64,000 nt of DNA, from assembly GCA_945872855.1 (NCBI GenBank), contig CAMCAW010000001.1, positions 70,213 through 134,212 of the forward strand. Direction: 5' to 3'. Within the stretch, counting starts at the first letter, position 1. Each line of letters begins with the position of its first letter. The notes below the pieces were generated by a model, which made no database searches, had not been told where the DNA came from, and saw only the letters and a list, made by a program, of their open reading frames with translations. Both the position numbers and the translations under genes were made by a program. Source of the stretch: Rickettsia typhi. GTDB taxonomy: Bacteria > Pseudomonadota > Alphaproteobacteria > Rickettsiales > UBA1997. Positions 30,191 through 40,761 of this stretch are shown here, one piece after another.

Positions 30191-31300
30191 ATGTCAAGAA
30201 AAAGACAAGAGGTAGCCAAACAAGGTTCTGCGGTTCATAATAATGTATGTAATTTTTCTGATATTTTGAAGGCTTTGGAAGATAACGTTAAGTTTATTGA
30301 GCAAGTCGAGAATAAATTAAAGGCCGCTCAAAGGTTAGTGAAGAAAGGGCTTGAACCAAAAGACGAGAGCAAACTACTTTCAATAGAGTTGAATAGGAGA
30401 ATAGGCGGAGAAGATGTTATAGCGCAAGCATCTTTGTATGTAGGTGGATGCAATGTGCCAAAGAATCGAGAGTTGTTAAGTAATGTTAAGGTTGTGCGAG
30501 AGACTGGTGATGATGCGCTTCCTATATACCGCATTCATTCTGCTTCTGGTGCGCAGACGCAAGCCGTTGGAGATGCCGTTAGTAATGTTTGCAAATTACA
30601 TGATCAATTGCTGAGTGTTGTTAAAGATATTGGCGACATAAAAAATCTTTCGAAATATGAAAAGGAATTTACCAATGAATCCAGTGGGGCAAAAAGCTCC
30701 GAAAAAATGTCTTTTATTGAGATGCTTAAATATGATAATGATGTAGATTGCTTGAAGGAGAAAACTTTGCCGCCAGCAGTAAGGTCAGTGCATTTTTTTT
30801 CTTTACCAGAGGGCGAGTTATCGAGATCCTTTGCTTCTACATCAGCTGCAGCTAGTCAATCGTTAAATCCTGCTATTCGCTCAGTGGCCTCCAGCAGCTC
30901 AGCTTCTTCTGCGACAACGAATGAAGATGTAAAAAATATTTCGCAGCAATTAGAGGGCAAAGGTATGACGGAGCGTCTTGGTGTTATAAAAGATGTAGCA
31001 AATCTAGCTGTGATTAAGCGGTTAAAAGTTGAGCAATTTGATAAAATTCTAAAAGAATTTTTTACTGGAAAAGATGGGAAGTCAGCTTTTGTTACATCTC
31101 AGGCCGTCATACATTACATTAACTCAAGCGAAAATCTTGTGAGATTATGTGGGGGTGAAATTTCCGAGACCGCTAAGGTTGAGAATACCGTTGAAGATAC
31201 GCTTAAAAAAATCAGTCTAGATAAAGCTCCAACTCCTTCTCCTGCTGCGGTTGGCAGTAGTAAAGTTTCTTCTTCAAAGGTAACAATCAGGACTACTTAA
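30191..31300 (+). CDS. hypothetical protein (369 aa ORFan, Ser-rich tracts)
   Basis: Uninterrupted ORF in a co-directional gene run. Contains SSSSASSATT and SSKVSSSKV tracts. No motif recognised. Confidence 0.65.
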   Translation: MSRKRQEVAKQGSAVHNNVCNFSDILKALEDNVKFIEQVENKLKAAQRLVKKGLEPKDESKLLSIELNRRIGGEDVIAQASLYVGGCNVPKNRELLSNVKVVRETGDDALPIYRIHSASGAQTQAVGDAVSNVCKLHDQLLSVVKDIGDIKNLSKYEKEFTNESSGAKSSEKMSFIEMLKYDNDVDCLKEKTLPPAVRSVHFFSLPEGELSRSFASTSAAASQSLNPAIRSVASSSSASSATTNEDVKNISQQLEGKGMTERLGVIKDVANLAVIKRLKVEQFDKILKEFFTGKDGKSAFVTSQAVIHYINSSENLVRLCGGEISETAKVENTVEDTLKKISLDKAPTPSPAAVGSSKVSSSKVTIRTT

Positions 31301-31312
31301 AATAAATTCAAA

Positions 31313-32254
31313 ATGACAATTAAGCATAAAACAAAAACAATAATAATTGGTTCTGGGCCCGCGGGATACACGGCGGCGATCTATGCGGCGCGGGCAAATT
31401 TAGAGCCAATTTTGGTGAGTGGAATGCAACCGGGTGGGCAACTTACCATCACCACCGATGTCGAAAACTACCCCGGTTTTGCCGATGTAATTCAAGGCCC
31501 GTGGTTGATGGAGCAAATGGCCAAGCAGGCCGAGCACGTTGGCACGCGACTCATCAACGATCACATTAAATCTGTAGATTTCTCGAAGCGCCCATTCACG
31601 CTGGTTGGTGAGTCTGACGATGTTTACGAAGCTGATTCAGTAATCATTGCAACAGGCGCGCAAGCCAAGTGGCTCGGGCTTGAATCAGAAAAGAAGTTCC
31701 AAGGATTTGGTGTTTCTGGCTGTGCAACTTGCGATGGATTTTTCTTTAAGAACAAAAATGTAATCGTGGTTGGAGGCGGTAATAGCGCGGTTGAAGAGGC
31801 TTTATATTTAACAAATCACGCGGCAAAAGTTTATGTTGTGCATCGTCGCGATTCATTTAAATCAGAAAAAATTCTGCAAGATCGTCTCTTCAAAAATCCA
31901 AAAATTGAAGTAATTTGGAATCATGCACTAGATGAAGTGTTGGGCTCTGAAGGACCAAAATCAGTGACGGGAGCGCGTTTGAAAAATACCATTGATGGCT
32001 CAATACAAGAAATAAAAATCGATGGAATTTTCATCGCAATTGGCCATAAACCAAATTCTGATTTATTTAAGGCAACGGGCCTAGATATTGATTCGGAAGG
32101 CTATATCATTACTAAAAAAGGCGCCACCTCAACTAACATTGCTGGCGTTTTTGCGGCGGGCGATATTCAAGATAAAATTTATCGTCAAGCGGTTACGGCA
32201 GCAGGAACTGGCTGCATGGCGGCCTTAGAAGTAGAAAAATTTTTAGCACATTAA
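31313..32254 (+). CDS. trxB: thioredoxin-disulfide reductase
   Basis: GSGPAGYTAAIYAARA, redox-active CATCDG, and GGGNSAVEEA. Confidence 0.92.
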   Translation: MTIKHKTKTIIIGSGPAGYTAAIYAARANLEPILVSGMQPGGQLTITTDVENYPGFADVIQGPWLMEQMAKQAEHVGTRLINDHIKSVDFSKRPFTLVGESDDVYEADSVIIATGAQAKWLGLESEKKFQGFGVSGCATCDGFFFKNKNVIVVGGGNSAVEEALYLTNHAAKVYVVHRRDSFKSEKILQDRLFKNPKIEVIWNHALDEVLGSEGPKSVTGARLKNTIDGSIQEIKIDGIFIAIGHKPNSDLFKATGLDIDSEGYIITKKGATSTNIAGVFAAGDIQDKIYRQAVTAAGTGCMAALEVEKFLAH

Positions 32255-32309
32255 AGAATGTTAAGAATTTGCCAAAAAAGCGAGTTTTATAAAATAAAAA
32301 ACTAAAAAA

Positions 32310-34478
32310 ATGTCCAACTTACAATTCTCGATCGATAAAAGCGGCGTAGCAAATTTGGTTTTTGATTTGCCTAATGAAAAAATAAACAAGCTCTCCGAGC
32401 CTGTGCTGCTTGAGTTGGAGAAGGCCATTAATGTAATTGAAGGCAATAAGGCGATTCGAATTTTGCTCATTACTTCTGAAAAAAAAGACATCTTCATTGC
32501 GGGTGCCGACATCAATGAAATCAAGGATATTCGCAATGCAAAAGATGCTTATAATAAAGTTTCTCGCGGCCAAAATGTTATTAGTAGGCTTGCCGAATTA
32601 AAAATTCCAACCATCGCCGTGATAAATGGTGCATGCCTTGGCGGCGGTTTAGAATTGGCGCTCGCATGCAAATATCGCGTGGCAGTTGTTAATGCAAAAA
32701 CAGTTTTGGGTCTGCCAGAAGTGAATCTTGGCATCATTCCCGGATTTGGCGGAACACAGCGCCTGCCTAGGTTAGTGGGCTTGCAAGAATCGCTAAAAAT
32801 AATCCTATCGGGCAAACCAGTTGATACAAAAAAGGCATTCAAAATTGGCTTAGTCGATGACATAATTCGCGAAGAATTTATGGAAGAAAAACTTAGTCAT
32901 TTCGTCACAGAAATTATCAAAAATGGCGATGAAAATCATTATTTGCAATCGCGCAAGCAAGCAGCAAAGAAGCGCTTTTTCATCGAAACAGTTTTGCTAA
33001 CGAAATACTTGGTTTTCTATCTCGCAAAAAAAGATTTATGGAGCAAAACAAAAGGCCAATATCCAGCGCCTTTTTATGCGCTAGAAGTTATTCGCAGAAC
33101 CTACGGGCTCACATATAGCAAGCGCGGATACGCTGTTGAGCTTGAAGCTTTTTGCGAATTAGCAGTTGGCGAAATTTCGAAAAACTTGATCGAAATTTTC
33201 TTCATCAACGAAGAATTGAAAAAGGACGAAGGCCCGCTGGTAGGGGCGGCATTGCCAGATATAAAAAATTGTGCCTTGCTTGGTGCGGGTGTTATGGGGG
33301 GCGGAATTGCTTGGTTATTTGCCAATAATAATTTCAATATTCGCATCAAAGATATTACGCAAAACGCCATCACTCTAGGCTATAATCAAATTATAAAAAT
33401 TTTCAATCAGCTCAAAAAAATCAGAAAATTAACACCAGAGCAGGCTAATATGAAAATGGCAAAAGTCACTTCAGGCCTTGATTTCATTGGCTTTGACAAT
33501 GTTGATTTTGTTGTTGAAGCGGTTGTAGAAAACATGGCGGTGAAAAAAACTTTGCTCGCAGAAGTTGAAACGAAAATAAAAAACAGCGCAATTATTGTTA
33601 GTAATACCTCATCATTATCAATTAGCGAAATGGCGCGAGGCTTACAAAACCGTGAGCGCTTTGCGGGTATGCATTTTTTCAATCCAGTAAATCGCATGCC
33701 ATTAGTTGAAGTTATTCGCGGCGAAAAAACTTCCGATGCAACAATTGCGGCGGTAGTAAAATTAACCAAGAAGCTAGGCAAGACGCCAGTTGTAGTGAAA
33801 GATGTTGCGGGATTTTTGGTAAATAGAATTTTGTTGCCATACATGAATGAGGCCTCGTACCTGCTGCAAGAAGGCGCCGATATTGCTCGCGTTGATGCGT
33901 TAATCGAAAAATTCGGCATGCCAATGGGTCCCTTTATTTTAGCAGATGTAGTGGGAATTGACGTTGGTTGCAAAGTGGCGCATTCCCTTCAAGATGCTTA
34001 TGGAGAGCGTATGCGCGTGGCTGATATCCTCGATGAATTATATAAAAATCACAAAGAATTGCTCGGCAAAAAATCGCAAAAAGGTTTTTATTTGCACTTT
34101 GCTGGCGAAAATAATAAGAGCCTAAATCCAGAGATTTCTAAGATTGTAAACGAGGTGCGCCAAGCAAAAAAAATCCAAAGTTTCTATATTTCTGATGAAG
34201 AAATTGTTGATCGTTGCATTCTAACAATGGTCAATGAAGCGGCAAAATGCCTAGAAGAAAATGTGGTAAAAAATGCGCGTTACCTAGATATGGCGATGAT
34301 TATGGGAACAGGCTTTCCAGCCTTTAAAGGCGGTGTTCTACGCTATGCAGATTCGCTAGGAATCGATAAAGTTGTAGAGCGCCTAACGGCGTTTGAAAAG
34401 AAGAATGGCGAGAGGTTTGCAGTGAGCGAGTTGCTTATAAAAATGGCCAAAAATGGCGAGAAGTTTTATTTGTTTTAA
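32310..34478 (+). CDS. bifunctional enoyl-CoA hydratase / 3-hydroxyacyl-CoA dehydrogenase (FadB/FadJ-like)
   Basis: N-terminal crotonase fold (FIAGADI, GGGLELALAC). C-terminal HADH domain (LGAGVMGGGIA, NTSSLSI). Confidence 0.88.
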   Translation: MSNLQFSIDKSGVANLVFDLPNEKINKLSEPVLLELEKAINVIEGNKAIRILLITSEKKDIFIAGADINEIKDIRNAKDAYNKVSRGQNVISRLAELKIPTIAVINGACLGGGLELALACKYRVAVVNAKTVLGLPEVNLGIIPGFGGTQRLPRLVGLQESLKIILSGKPVDTKKAFKIGLVDDIIREEFMEEKLSHFVTEIIKNGDENHYLQSRKQAAKKRFFIETVLLTKYLVFYLAKKDLWSKTKGQYPAPFYALEVIRRTYGLTYSKRGYAVELEAFCELAVGEISKNLIEIFFINEELKKDEGPLVGAALPDIKNCALLGAGVMGGGIAWLFANNNFNIRIKDITQNAITLGYNQIIKIFNQLKKIRKLTPEQANMKMAKVTSGLDFIGFDNVDFVVEAVVENMAVKKTLLAEVETKIKNSAIIVSNTSSLSISEMARGLQNRERFAGMHFFNPVNRMPLVEVIRGEKTSDATIAAVVKLTKKLGKTPVVVKDVAGFLVNRILLPYMNEASYLLQEGADIARVDALIEKFGMPMGPFILADVVGIDVGCKVAHSLQDAYGERMRVADILDELYKNHKELLGKKSQKGFYLHFAGENNKSLNPEISKIVNEVRQAKKIQSFYISDEEIVDRCILTMVNEAAKCLEENVVKNARYLDMAMIMGTGFPAFKGGVLRYADSLGIDKVVERLTAFEKKNGERFAVSELLIKMAKNGEKFYLF

Positions 34479-34555
34479 TTTCTCAAAGTTGCATTGATAA
34501 TAGCTTGGCTCTAGTGACGCCAGATCAAGACTTTCAATTCACATTGCTACAAAAT

Positions 34556-35119
34556 TTAAACCGCGCTCAAAGAATCCTCCGTCACAACTTCATATCCGCG
34601 AGCATTAAACAGCTGATAATGCCACCATTCTTTACTATAAAAATCCCACCCAGCTTCGGTCATAATTTTTAGCAATAACTCGCGATTGCCTTTGGCCTCA
34701 GGCGAAATGTTGGTGCAATCATGAAAAGCCAACTCAGTAAATTCATCGAAATCAGATCCCATATCTAATTCATTTCCACTTTTATCAACCAAAGTTAAGT
34801 CAATCGCAACGCCTCTGCAATGTGGGATTGAGCCTGTTTTGGGATTTGAAACAAAGCCGCCATTTTCGCCATCATCAGGAAATTTATCGAACATGAATTG
34901 TTGCACTTTTATCGGGCGAAATCCGTCGAAAATTTTGAAGTATAAATCGTAGGTAGCGGCGATTTTGCTCGCTTTTTGTAAGGCTTCGGCGGCGTTTGGG
35001 TGAAGATAGCAAAGTGGTTCGCGATATAATTTTATGCCGCAAACATTGTTGGCTGTCGCGTAGCGAAGGTCTAGCTCGATGCTAAATTCTGTTGTGGTGA
35101 TTTTTTTTAGATTATTCAT
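34556..35119 (-). CDS. ddpX: D-alanyl-D-alanine dipeptidase (VanX/DdpX family)
   Basis: Motifs FRPIKVQ, HCRGVAIDLTL and EWWHY. ATG 35119 is preferred over TTG 35161. Confidence 0.8.
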   Translation of the reverse strand: MNNLKKITTTEFSIELDLRYATANNVCGIKLYREPLCYLHPNAAEALQKASKIAATYDLYFKIFDGFRPIKVQQFMFDKFPDDGENGGFVSNPKTGSIPHCRGVAIDLTLVDKSGNELDMGSDFDEFTELAFHDCTNISPEAKGNRELLLKIMTEAGWDFYSKEWWHYQLFNARGYEVVTEDSLSAV

Positions 35120-35150
35120 TTTTTTATAAAAAGTTTTGTTTGTAGATCTT

Positions 35151-35235
35151 GTGCTCGGCAAAGCCCCACCCGATATCCTCTGCCCCTCAGACAGCGGCGC
35201 GTCGAACTCGGTTCAGAGGGCGCCTTTCTGTTCGA
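35151..35235. ncRNA. candidate structured RNA / regulatory element (GC-rich intergenic block, orientation unresolved)
   Basis: GC-rich block in an AT-rich spacer. cctctg (35178-35183) can pair with cagagg (35214-35219), and ggcgc (35196-35200) with gcgcc (35220-35224), a pseudoknot topology. A T-run follows on the + strand. Confidence 0.25.
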
Positions 35236-35327
35236 TTTTTATTCAATTATTTCTGGATATATTTATGCTTTCAACTCTTTGGGACGTGGGTTTTAAACGC
35301 ATAAATTTTCTACTCATGCAACCTTCA

Positions 35328-35765
35328 CTAAAACGGTTTTAAAATTACCAAAGTTACAATTGCAATCAGCAAAACCGTAGGCACCTCGTTAATAATGCGA
35401 TAAAATTTTGCGCTATGTTTATTCTTCCCGGCGGCAAAATTTTTACGACATTTGCCAAGAAAATGATGATACCCAATCAGCAGCAAAGCCAGAGTGATCT
35501 TGATGTGAAGCCATGCAAACTCAAAACCAATTTGATAGGCCAAATAAAACCCGCAGGCTAAAACCACAATCATCGCTGGGTTCATAATATAGCGTAGAAG
35601 CTTGCGCTCCATGGTTTGGAAGATCTGGTCGGTTTTGCTTCCAACCACAACTTGTGCGTGATAAACAAAAATTCTCGGCAAATATAATAAGCCCGCAAAC
35701 CACGAAACCACTGCAATGATGTGAATAATTTTGATAATTTCGTAAAGTTCGATTCCTTCTTCCAT
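35328..35765 (-). CDS. hemJ: protoporphyrinogen IX oxidase HemJ (UPF0093 family)
   Basis: IKIIHIIAVVSWFAGLLYLPRIFVYH motif and four TM helices in 145 aa. Confidence 0.8.
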   Translation of the reverse strand: MEEGIELYEIIKIIHIIAVVSWFAGLLYLPRIFVYHAQVVVGSKTDQIFQTMERKLLRYIMNPAMIVVLACGFYLAYQIGFEFAWLHIKITLALLLIGYHHFLGKCRKNFAAGKNKHSAKFYRIINEVPTVLLIAIVTLVILKPF

Positions 35766-35843
35766 AAGTTTTGTTGAAATTGTTGATTGTTTATTTAGAA
35801 TGCCACAAACCTTAATTGAACGTTCTTAAGCCTAATTAAAAAT

Positions 35844-36773
35844 ATGAAACTTCTAGCTTGCAATAGCAATATTACTCTTTCAAAAGAGATCGCTAACCAT
35901 TTAAAAATAGATCTAGTTGATGCAGAAATCAAAAGATTTTCTGACCATGAAGTGTTTGTCGAAATCAAAGAGAATGTGCGCGGTGAAGATATTTTTGTGG
36001 TGCAGTCTACATCTAAGCCCGCCAATGATAACATTATGGAATTATTGATCACAATCGATGCCTTGCGCCGTGCCTCAGCGCGCAGAATCACTGCAGTTAT
36101 TCCTTATTACGGCTATGCTAGACAAGACCGCAAGGCTGCTCCACGCACGCCAATCTCAGCAAAATTAGTTGCCAATTTAGTCACCTCATCTGGCGCTGAT
36201 CGCGTTCTCACGCTAGATTTACACGCTTCGCAAATTCAAGGATTTTTCGATATCCCTGTCGACAATCTCTATGCATCTCCTGCTTTTGCGGCCGATATCA
36301 AGCAAAATTTTGCCAGCGATAATCTAGTAATAATCTCGCCAGACGTTGGTGGGCTTGTGCGCGCACGCGATGTTGCTAAAAGAGTTGGTGCAGATTTAGC
36401 AATTGTAGATAAGCGTCGCCCCCGCGCCGGAGTAAGCGAAGTGATGAATATCATAGGCGACATTAATGGAAAAAATTGCATCATCGTTGATGATATTGTA
36501 GATTCTGGTGGCACATTATGCAATGCCGCTGAAGCTTTGATAACAAAGGGAGCAGCCTCGGTCTCTGCTTACATTACTCACGGCGTTTTATCAGCAAATG
36601 CTCATGAAAAAATTGCCAATTCCAAGCTAAAAAATTTAGTAATTACCAACTCAATTGAGCCAAGAAAAGAAACTCTAGAAGTTAAAAATATTCGTATTAT
36701 AAATATGGCTAATCTGCTTGGAGAGGCTATTCGCAACATTGCTGAAGAAAAATCTCTTTCAATTCTTTTTTAA
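35844..36773 (+). CDS. prs: ribose-phosphate pyrophosphokinase
   Basis: Motifs [27 protein letters not shown] and [12 protein letters not shown]. Confidence 0.93.
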   Translation: MKLLACNSNITLSKEIANHLKIDLVDAEIKRFSDHEVFVEIKENVRGEDIFVVQSTSKPANDNIMELLITIDALRRASARRITAVIPYYGYARQDRKAAPRTPISAKLVANLVTSSGADRVLTLDLHASQIQGFFDIPVDNLYASPAFAADIKQNFASDNLVIISPDVGGLVRARDVAKRVGADLAIVDKRRPRAGVSEVMNIIGDINGKNCIIVDDIVDSGGTLCNAAEALITKGAASVSAYITHGVLSANAHEKIANSKLKNLVITNSIEPRKETLEVKNIRIINMANLLGEAIRNIAEEKSLSILF

Positions 36774-36777
36774 TTTT

Positions 36778-37281
36778 ATGGATAAGTTCAAAACTCCATT
36801 TACTTCTTTAATAATCTCTATCGCAATAGTCGTTGGGGCAACACTTGTTGCTGATTTGCTTTATCGTCCAAAACCGATGCTAAAAAGAGGTTTTGAAATT
36901 CAAATTTCTGCTGATGGAACGGTGGTAAAAAAAGAGGAAAAGCCTGTTGATTTTGCTGCTTTAATCAAGGGTGCTAATTTTGATAATGGGGCAAAAATTT
37001 TTAAAAAATGCGCTACTTGTCACAATATCGATAAAAATGGTGGCAATAAAATTGGTCCAAATTTATTTGCAATTGTTGGTAGAAAAAGAGCTGCAATTTC
37101 TAGCTTCAAATATTCTGATGCAATGATGAAGAAGGCTGGATCGTGGACTCATGACGATTTAAATTTATTTTTAACCAAGCCAAAAGATTTTGTTCCCGGC
37201 ACTAAAATGGGTTTTGCGGGTCTAAAAAAACCACAAGATCGTGCCGATATAATTTTATATTTAGAAAAAACTGCGCGATAA
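36778..37281 (+). CDS. membrane-anchored class I cytochrome c
   Basis: N-terminal TM anchor, haem site CATCHN, and distal GTKMGFAGL. ATG 36778 is preferred over track start 36718. Confidence 0.8.
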   Translation: MDKFKTPFTSLIISIAIVVGATLVADLLYRPKPMLKRGFEIQISADGTVVKKEEKPVDFAALIKGANFDNGAKIFKKCATCHNIDKNGGNKIGPNLFAIVGRKRAAISSFKYSDAMMKKAGSWTHDDLNLFLTKPKDFVPGTKMGFAGLKKPQDRADIILYLEKTAR

Positions 37282-37350
37282 ATTTTTGCTTCAAAATCTA
37301 AATTTTAGCATCATTCCAAGCTTGGCATGGCTAACTAATTCTATAAATAT

Positions 37351-38094
37351 ATGGAACAAACTATCGGAATAATTCTTGCGGCTATATTTGGCGCCATCTT
37401 CGGCTCTTACGCCACTTTATTTGCATATCGTTTGCCAATCGGCCAATCTTGTTTTGGCAGATATTTTGGCAACAAATCGCAATGTCCAAAATGCAAATCA
37501 ACCATTCGCACCAGAGAGCTGATCCCGCTTCTTAATTGGATATTCACTCTTGGAAAGTGCAGCAAATGCCAAACAAAAATTCCGCGCGCTCATTTATTCA
37601 TCGAACTCTCATGTACCGCGCTTTTTGTTTTGTGCTATTTAAAATTTGGTTTCACAGAGCCATTTATCCTTGCAGCTCTAGTGTCCGTAACTTGCGTTAT
37701 TTTAATTGTCACAGATTTTCAGCATAAGGTTTTTCCATATCAGCTTTTAAATTTTTTAGTTATAATTGGCTTGGTTAATAGAATTTTGATCGATCAAACA
37801 ATTATTGAATCAGTTTATTCAGCCGCAGTTGGCGTGGTTTGCGCTACAATTTTCTATCAAATTTTTTATAAAAAAAATCCCCGGCTATTTGCCACACAAG
37901 ATCAATCATTTGATTACACAAAATTTATTCTAATCGCTGCAGTCTGCTTAAATATTCCAGATTTTCTTTTGTATTTCTCGGTATTAATGATAATTTTCAC
38001 TATGATGATTTTATTTGATGTGCCAGATAATAAAGTTCGATTTAGCTTTGGCTATTCTATTATTGTTCCTTTTTTATGGTTATTTTTAGCCTAA
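37351..38094 (+). CDS. prepilin peptidase (A24 family)
   Basis: FGSYATLFAYRLP, Cys pairs CPKC and CSKC, and a polytopic membrane topology. The second catalytic-Asp motif looks degenerate (SFDYTKF). Confidence 0.7.
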   Translation: MEQTIGIILAAIFGAIFGSYATLFAYRLPIGQSCFGRYFGNKSQCPKCKSTIRTRELIPLLNWIFTLGKCSKCQTKIPRAHLFIELSCTALFVLCYLKFGFTEPFILAALVSVTCVILIVTDFQHKVFPYQLLNFLVIIGLVNRILIDQTIIESVYSAAVGVVCATIFYQIFYKKNPRLFATQDQSFDYTKFILIAAVCLNIPDFLLYFSVLMIIFTMMILFDVPDNKVRFSFGYSIIVPFLWLFLA

Positions 38095-38109
38095 TTTTAA
38101 TTTTTTAAT

Positions 38110-39402
38110 ATGACATTCACCGACTATAAAGTTAAGGATATCGCTTTGGCTGCTTGGGGCCGTAAAGAAATCACTTTGGCAGAAAATGAAATGCCGGGCT
38201 TAATGTCTTTGCGTCAAGAATTCGGCGCTTCTAAACCATTGCAAGGCGCAAGAATCGTCGGCTGTTTGCACATGACAATTGAAACCGCAGTTCTTATCGA
38301 AACCTTGGTTCACCTAGGAGCGTCAATTCGATGGAGTTCATGCAACATCTTCTCAACATCGGACCAAGCCGCTGCCGCTATAGCTGCATCAGGCATTCCA
38401 GTTTTTGCATGGAAGGGCGAAACTGAAGAGGAATATGAATGGTGCATCAAGCAAACAATTGTCGGCAATCCATCATGGAGGCCAAACATGATTTTAGATG
38501 ATGGTGGCGATTTAACTAAAATAATTCACGCAGAATATCCTGAAATTTTGCAAGAAATAAAAGGAGTTTCAGAAGAGACTACAACTGGCGTGGCAAGGCT
38601 TTATCAAATGGAGCGCGAAGGTAAATTAAAAGTCCCGGCAATCAATGTTAACGATGCCGTTACAAAATCGAAATTCGATAATCTTTATGGCTGCAAAGAA
38701 AGCGTGATTGATGGCGTTAAGCGCGCAACCGATGTCATGATTGCAGGCAAAATGGTGGTTATCGCAGGATATGGAAACGTAGGCAAAGGCTGTGCTGAGG
38801 CCTTTAAAGCACAAGGTGCGCGCGTTGTCGTTGCAGAGGTTGATCCAATCTGTGCTTTGCAGGCGGCGATGAGTGGCTATCAAGTTTTGCCAATCGAAGA
38901 TGTAGTTGATCAAGCTGATATTTTTATCACAACAACTGGCAACGTAGATGTTATCACAATCGAGCATATGCGTGCCATGAAAGACTGTGCGATCGTTGGC
39001 AATATTGGCCATTTCGATAACGAAATTCAAGTTGAAGCTTTGCGTAATCTCAAATGGATGAACATCAAACCGCAAGTAGATCAAATTTCTTTCCCCGATG
39101 GCAAAAGAATTATTTTGCTTGCCGAGGGTCGTTTGTTAAATTTGGGTTGTGCCACTGGGCACAGCGCTTTCGTAATGTCGGCCAGCTTCACCAACCAAGT
39201 TATGGCGCAAATCGAACTATGGGAAAATCATGCAAAATACCAAAATAAAGTTTATATTTTGCCAAAAGAATTAGACGAAAAAGTTGCAAGATTGCATCTA
39301 GCAAAATTAGGAGCGAAGCTCACCAAGCTTACAGAAAAGCAAGCCAAATATATTAACGTAAAAGCCGAAGGTCCATTTAAAGACGACGCTTACAGATATT
39401 AA
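38110..39402 (+). CDS. ahcY: adenosylhomocysteinase
   Basis: [19 protein letters not shown] site [10 protein letters not shown], and HFDNEI. Confidence 0.95.
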   Translation: MTFTDYKVKDIALAAWGRKEITLAENEMPGLMSLRQEFGASKPLQGARIVGCLHMTIETAVLIETLVHLGASIRWSSCNIFSTSDQAAAAIAASGIPVFAWKGETEEEYEWCIKQTIVGNPSWRPNMILDDGGDLTKIIHAEYPEILQEIKGVSEETTTGVARLYQMEREGKLKVPAINVNDAVTKSKFDNLYGCKESVIDGVKRATDVMIAGKMVVIAGYGNVGKGCAEAFKAQGARVVVAEVDPICALQAAMSGYQVLPIEDVVDQADIFITTTGNVDVITIEHMRAMKDCAIVGNIGHFDNEIQVEALRNLKWMNIKPQVDQISFPDGKRIILLAEGRLLNLGCATGHSAFVMSASFTNQVMAQIELWENHAKYQNKVYILPKELDEKVARLHLAKLGAKLTKLTEKQAKYINVKAEGPFKDDAYRY

Positions 39403-39406
39403 ATTT

Positions 39407-39880
39407 ATGGAAAAATTTCAAATTACCAAAGAAGGCTACGAAAGACTAAGGCTAGAATTGCATCATTTGAAGCATGAGGAAAGGCCAAAAATTATCCAAG
39501 CAATCGCTACAGCGCGTGAGCTTGGCGATTTAAAAGAAAATGCCGAATATCACTCTGCCAAAGATAAGCAAGGCTTTATTGAGGCGCAAATCAACGATTT
39601 TGAAGATAAAATAGGGCGCTCTGAAGTTGTTGATGTTTCGCAGCAAAGTGGCAATAAAGTAAAATTTGGCGCTACAGTTAATCTTGAAGATCTTAATAAT
39701 GGCAAGAAATTCACATATAAAATTGTTAGTGAATTTGAAGCGAATATTGACAGTGGTTTAATCTCAAGCACGTCTCCAGTGGCGCGTGCATTGCTTAATA
39801 AAGAAGTTGGCGATGAAGTTGAAATAAAAATTCCAAATGGCGTTGTTAATTATGAAATTAATTCTATAAAATTTGCTTGA
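39407..39880 (+). CDS. greA: transcription elongation factor GreA
   Basis: ARELGDLKENAEYHSAKD motif and a length of 157 aa. Confidence 0.93.
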   Translation: MEKFQITKEGYERLRLELHHLKHEERPKIIQAIATARELGDLKENAEYHSAKDKQGFIEAQINDFEDKIGRSEVVDVSQQSGNKVKFGATVNLEDLNNGKKFTYKIVSEFEANIDSGLISSTSPVARALLNKEVGDEVEIKIPNGVVNYEINSIKFA

Positions 39881-39965
39881 TTTATTATTAAAATCAGATC
39901 TCAATGATTTTTACATACTTAGGCAAAATATTTTAAATTCTAACTAATCTAAAAAAACTAGTAAT

Positions 39966-40709
39966 ATGAAGCTTTGCATAAAAAATAGAAAAAAATCAGC
40001 ATTTTCCCTAATAGAGTTGTCGATTGTATTAATCATTATTGGTTTGTTAATCGCAGGCGTTACTGGTGGAGCCAGTTTAATTAAAAGCTCTGAGCTACGC
40101 GCCGTGATGAGTGAAGCTCGCGCTTATGCAACTTCAGTTAACGGGTTTTATAATCAGTTCAACTATTTACCAGGCGATTTCGGTGGGGCGATCGGCAATG
40201 CCAGCGTTGGCGATGCAGACGGCACCATTGAATATGCCAACGCTGCTACTCCTACTCCCGTAAATGAAGGCAGAGCCGCGTGGTATCAAATGAAGGGTGC
40301 GGGCATTATTGATACTAGCTTAATTTCCGCTGTAGTTGTCCCTACCATTGGCGCAAGTGTTCCGGGTATTATTACATTTGGCTCTAACGTTCCTGCTTCA
40401 AAGATAAAAGGTGCAGGCTGGGATTTTGACTATAACACAACTACAACGCAAAACGTGATAGTTTTAACGGGTGCAGTTCCTGCGGGCAGCGCCTCAAATA
40501 CTTTAGTTAACGGCAACCTTGTCTCAATTGGAATAATCACCCCAACAGATGCTCTGGCAATAGACACCAAAATTGACGATGGTTCTCCAGTGGCGGGGAA
40601 GGTCAGAGGCGTGCTATCTACTTGCTACACCGCAACAACAGGCCCTTACCTAACAAGCACGACAACCAGAGCTTGCGCGCTATCTTATCAAATCGACATC
40701 AATTCGTAA
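39966..40709 (+). CDS. type IV pilin-like protein (prepilin N-terminal methylation domain)
   Basis: KKSAFSLIELSIVLIIIGLLIAGV (Phe+1, Glu+5) and a C-terminal Cys pair (STCY...RAC). Confidence 0.75.
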   Translation: MKLCIKNRKKSAFSLIELSIVLIIIGLLIAGVTGGASLIKSSELRAVMSEARAYATSVNGFYNQFNYLPGDFGGAIGNASVGDADGTIEYANAATPTPVNEGRAAWYQMKGAGIIDTSLISAVVVPTIGASVPGIITFGSNVPASKIKGAGWDFDYNTTTTQNVIVLTGAVPAGSASNTLVNGNLVSIGIITPTDALAIDTKIDDGSPVAGKVRGVLSTCYTATTGPYLTSTTTRACALSYQIDINS

Positions 40710-40761
40710 TATAACATTGGCCAACCCTTTATTGGCGCGGCTAAATGTAAAAATTATATTC

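Noticed and set aside
33407-33973. 188-aa minus-strand ORF, the longest unexplained ORF in the track.
   Set aside because: It lies wholly inside the FadB-like gene on the opposite strand, its composition is Ser/Thr/Phe-rich and typical of antisense frames, and it has no motif.
35136-35342. 68-aa plus-strand ORF that covers the GC-rich spacer element.
   Set aside because: It has an alternative start and no RBS, and it spans an obviously structured GC-rich block into the hemJ 3' end. It is better explained as non-coding.
38626-39084. 152-aa minus-strand ORF.
   Set aside because: It is antisense within the highly conserved ahcY gene.
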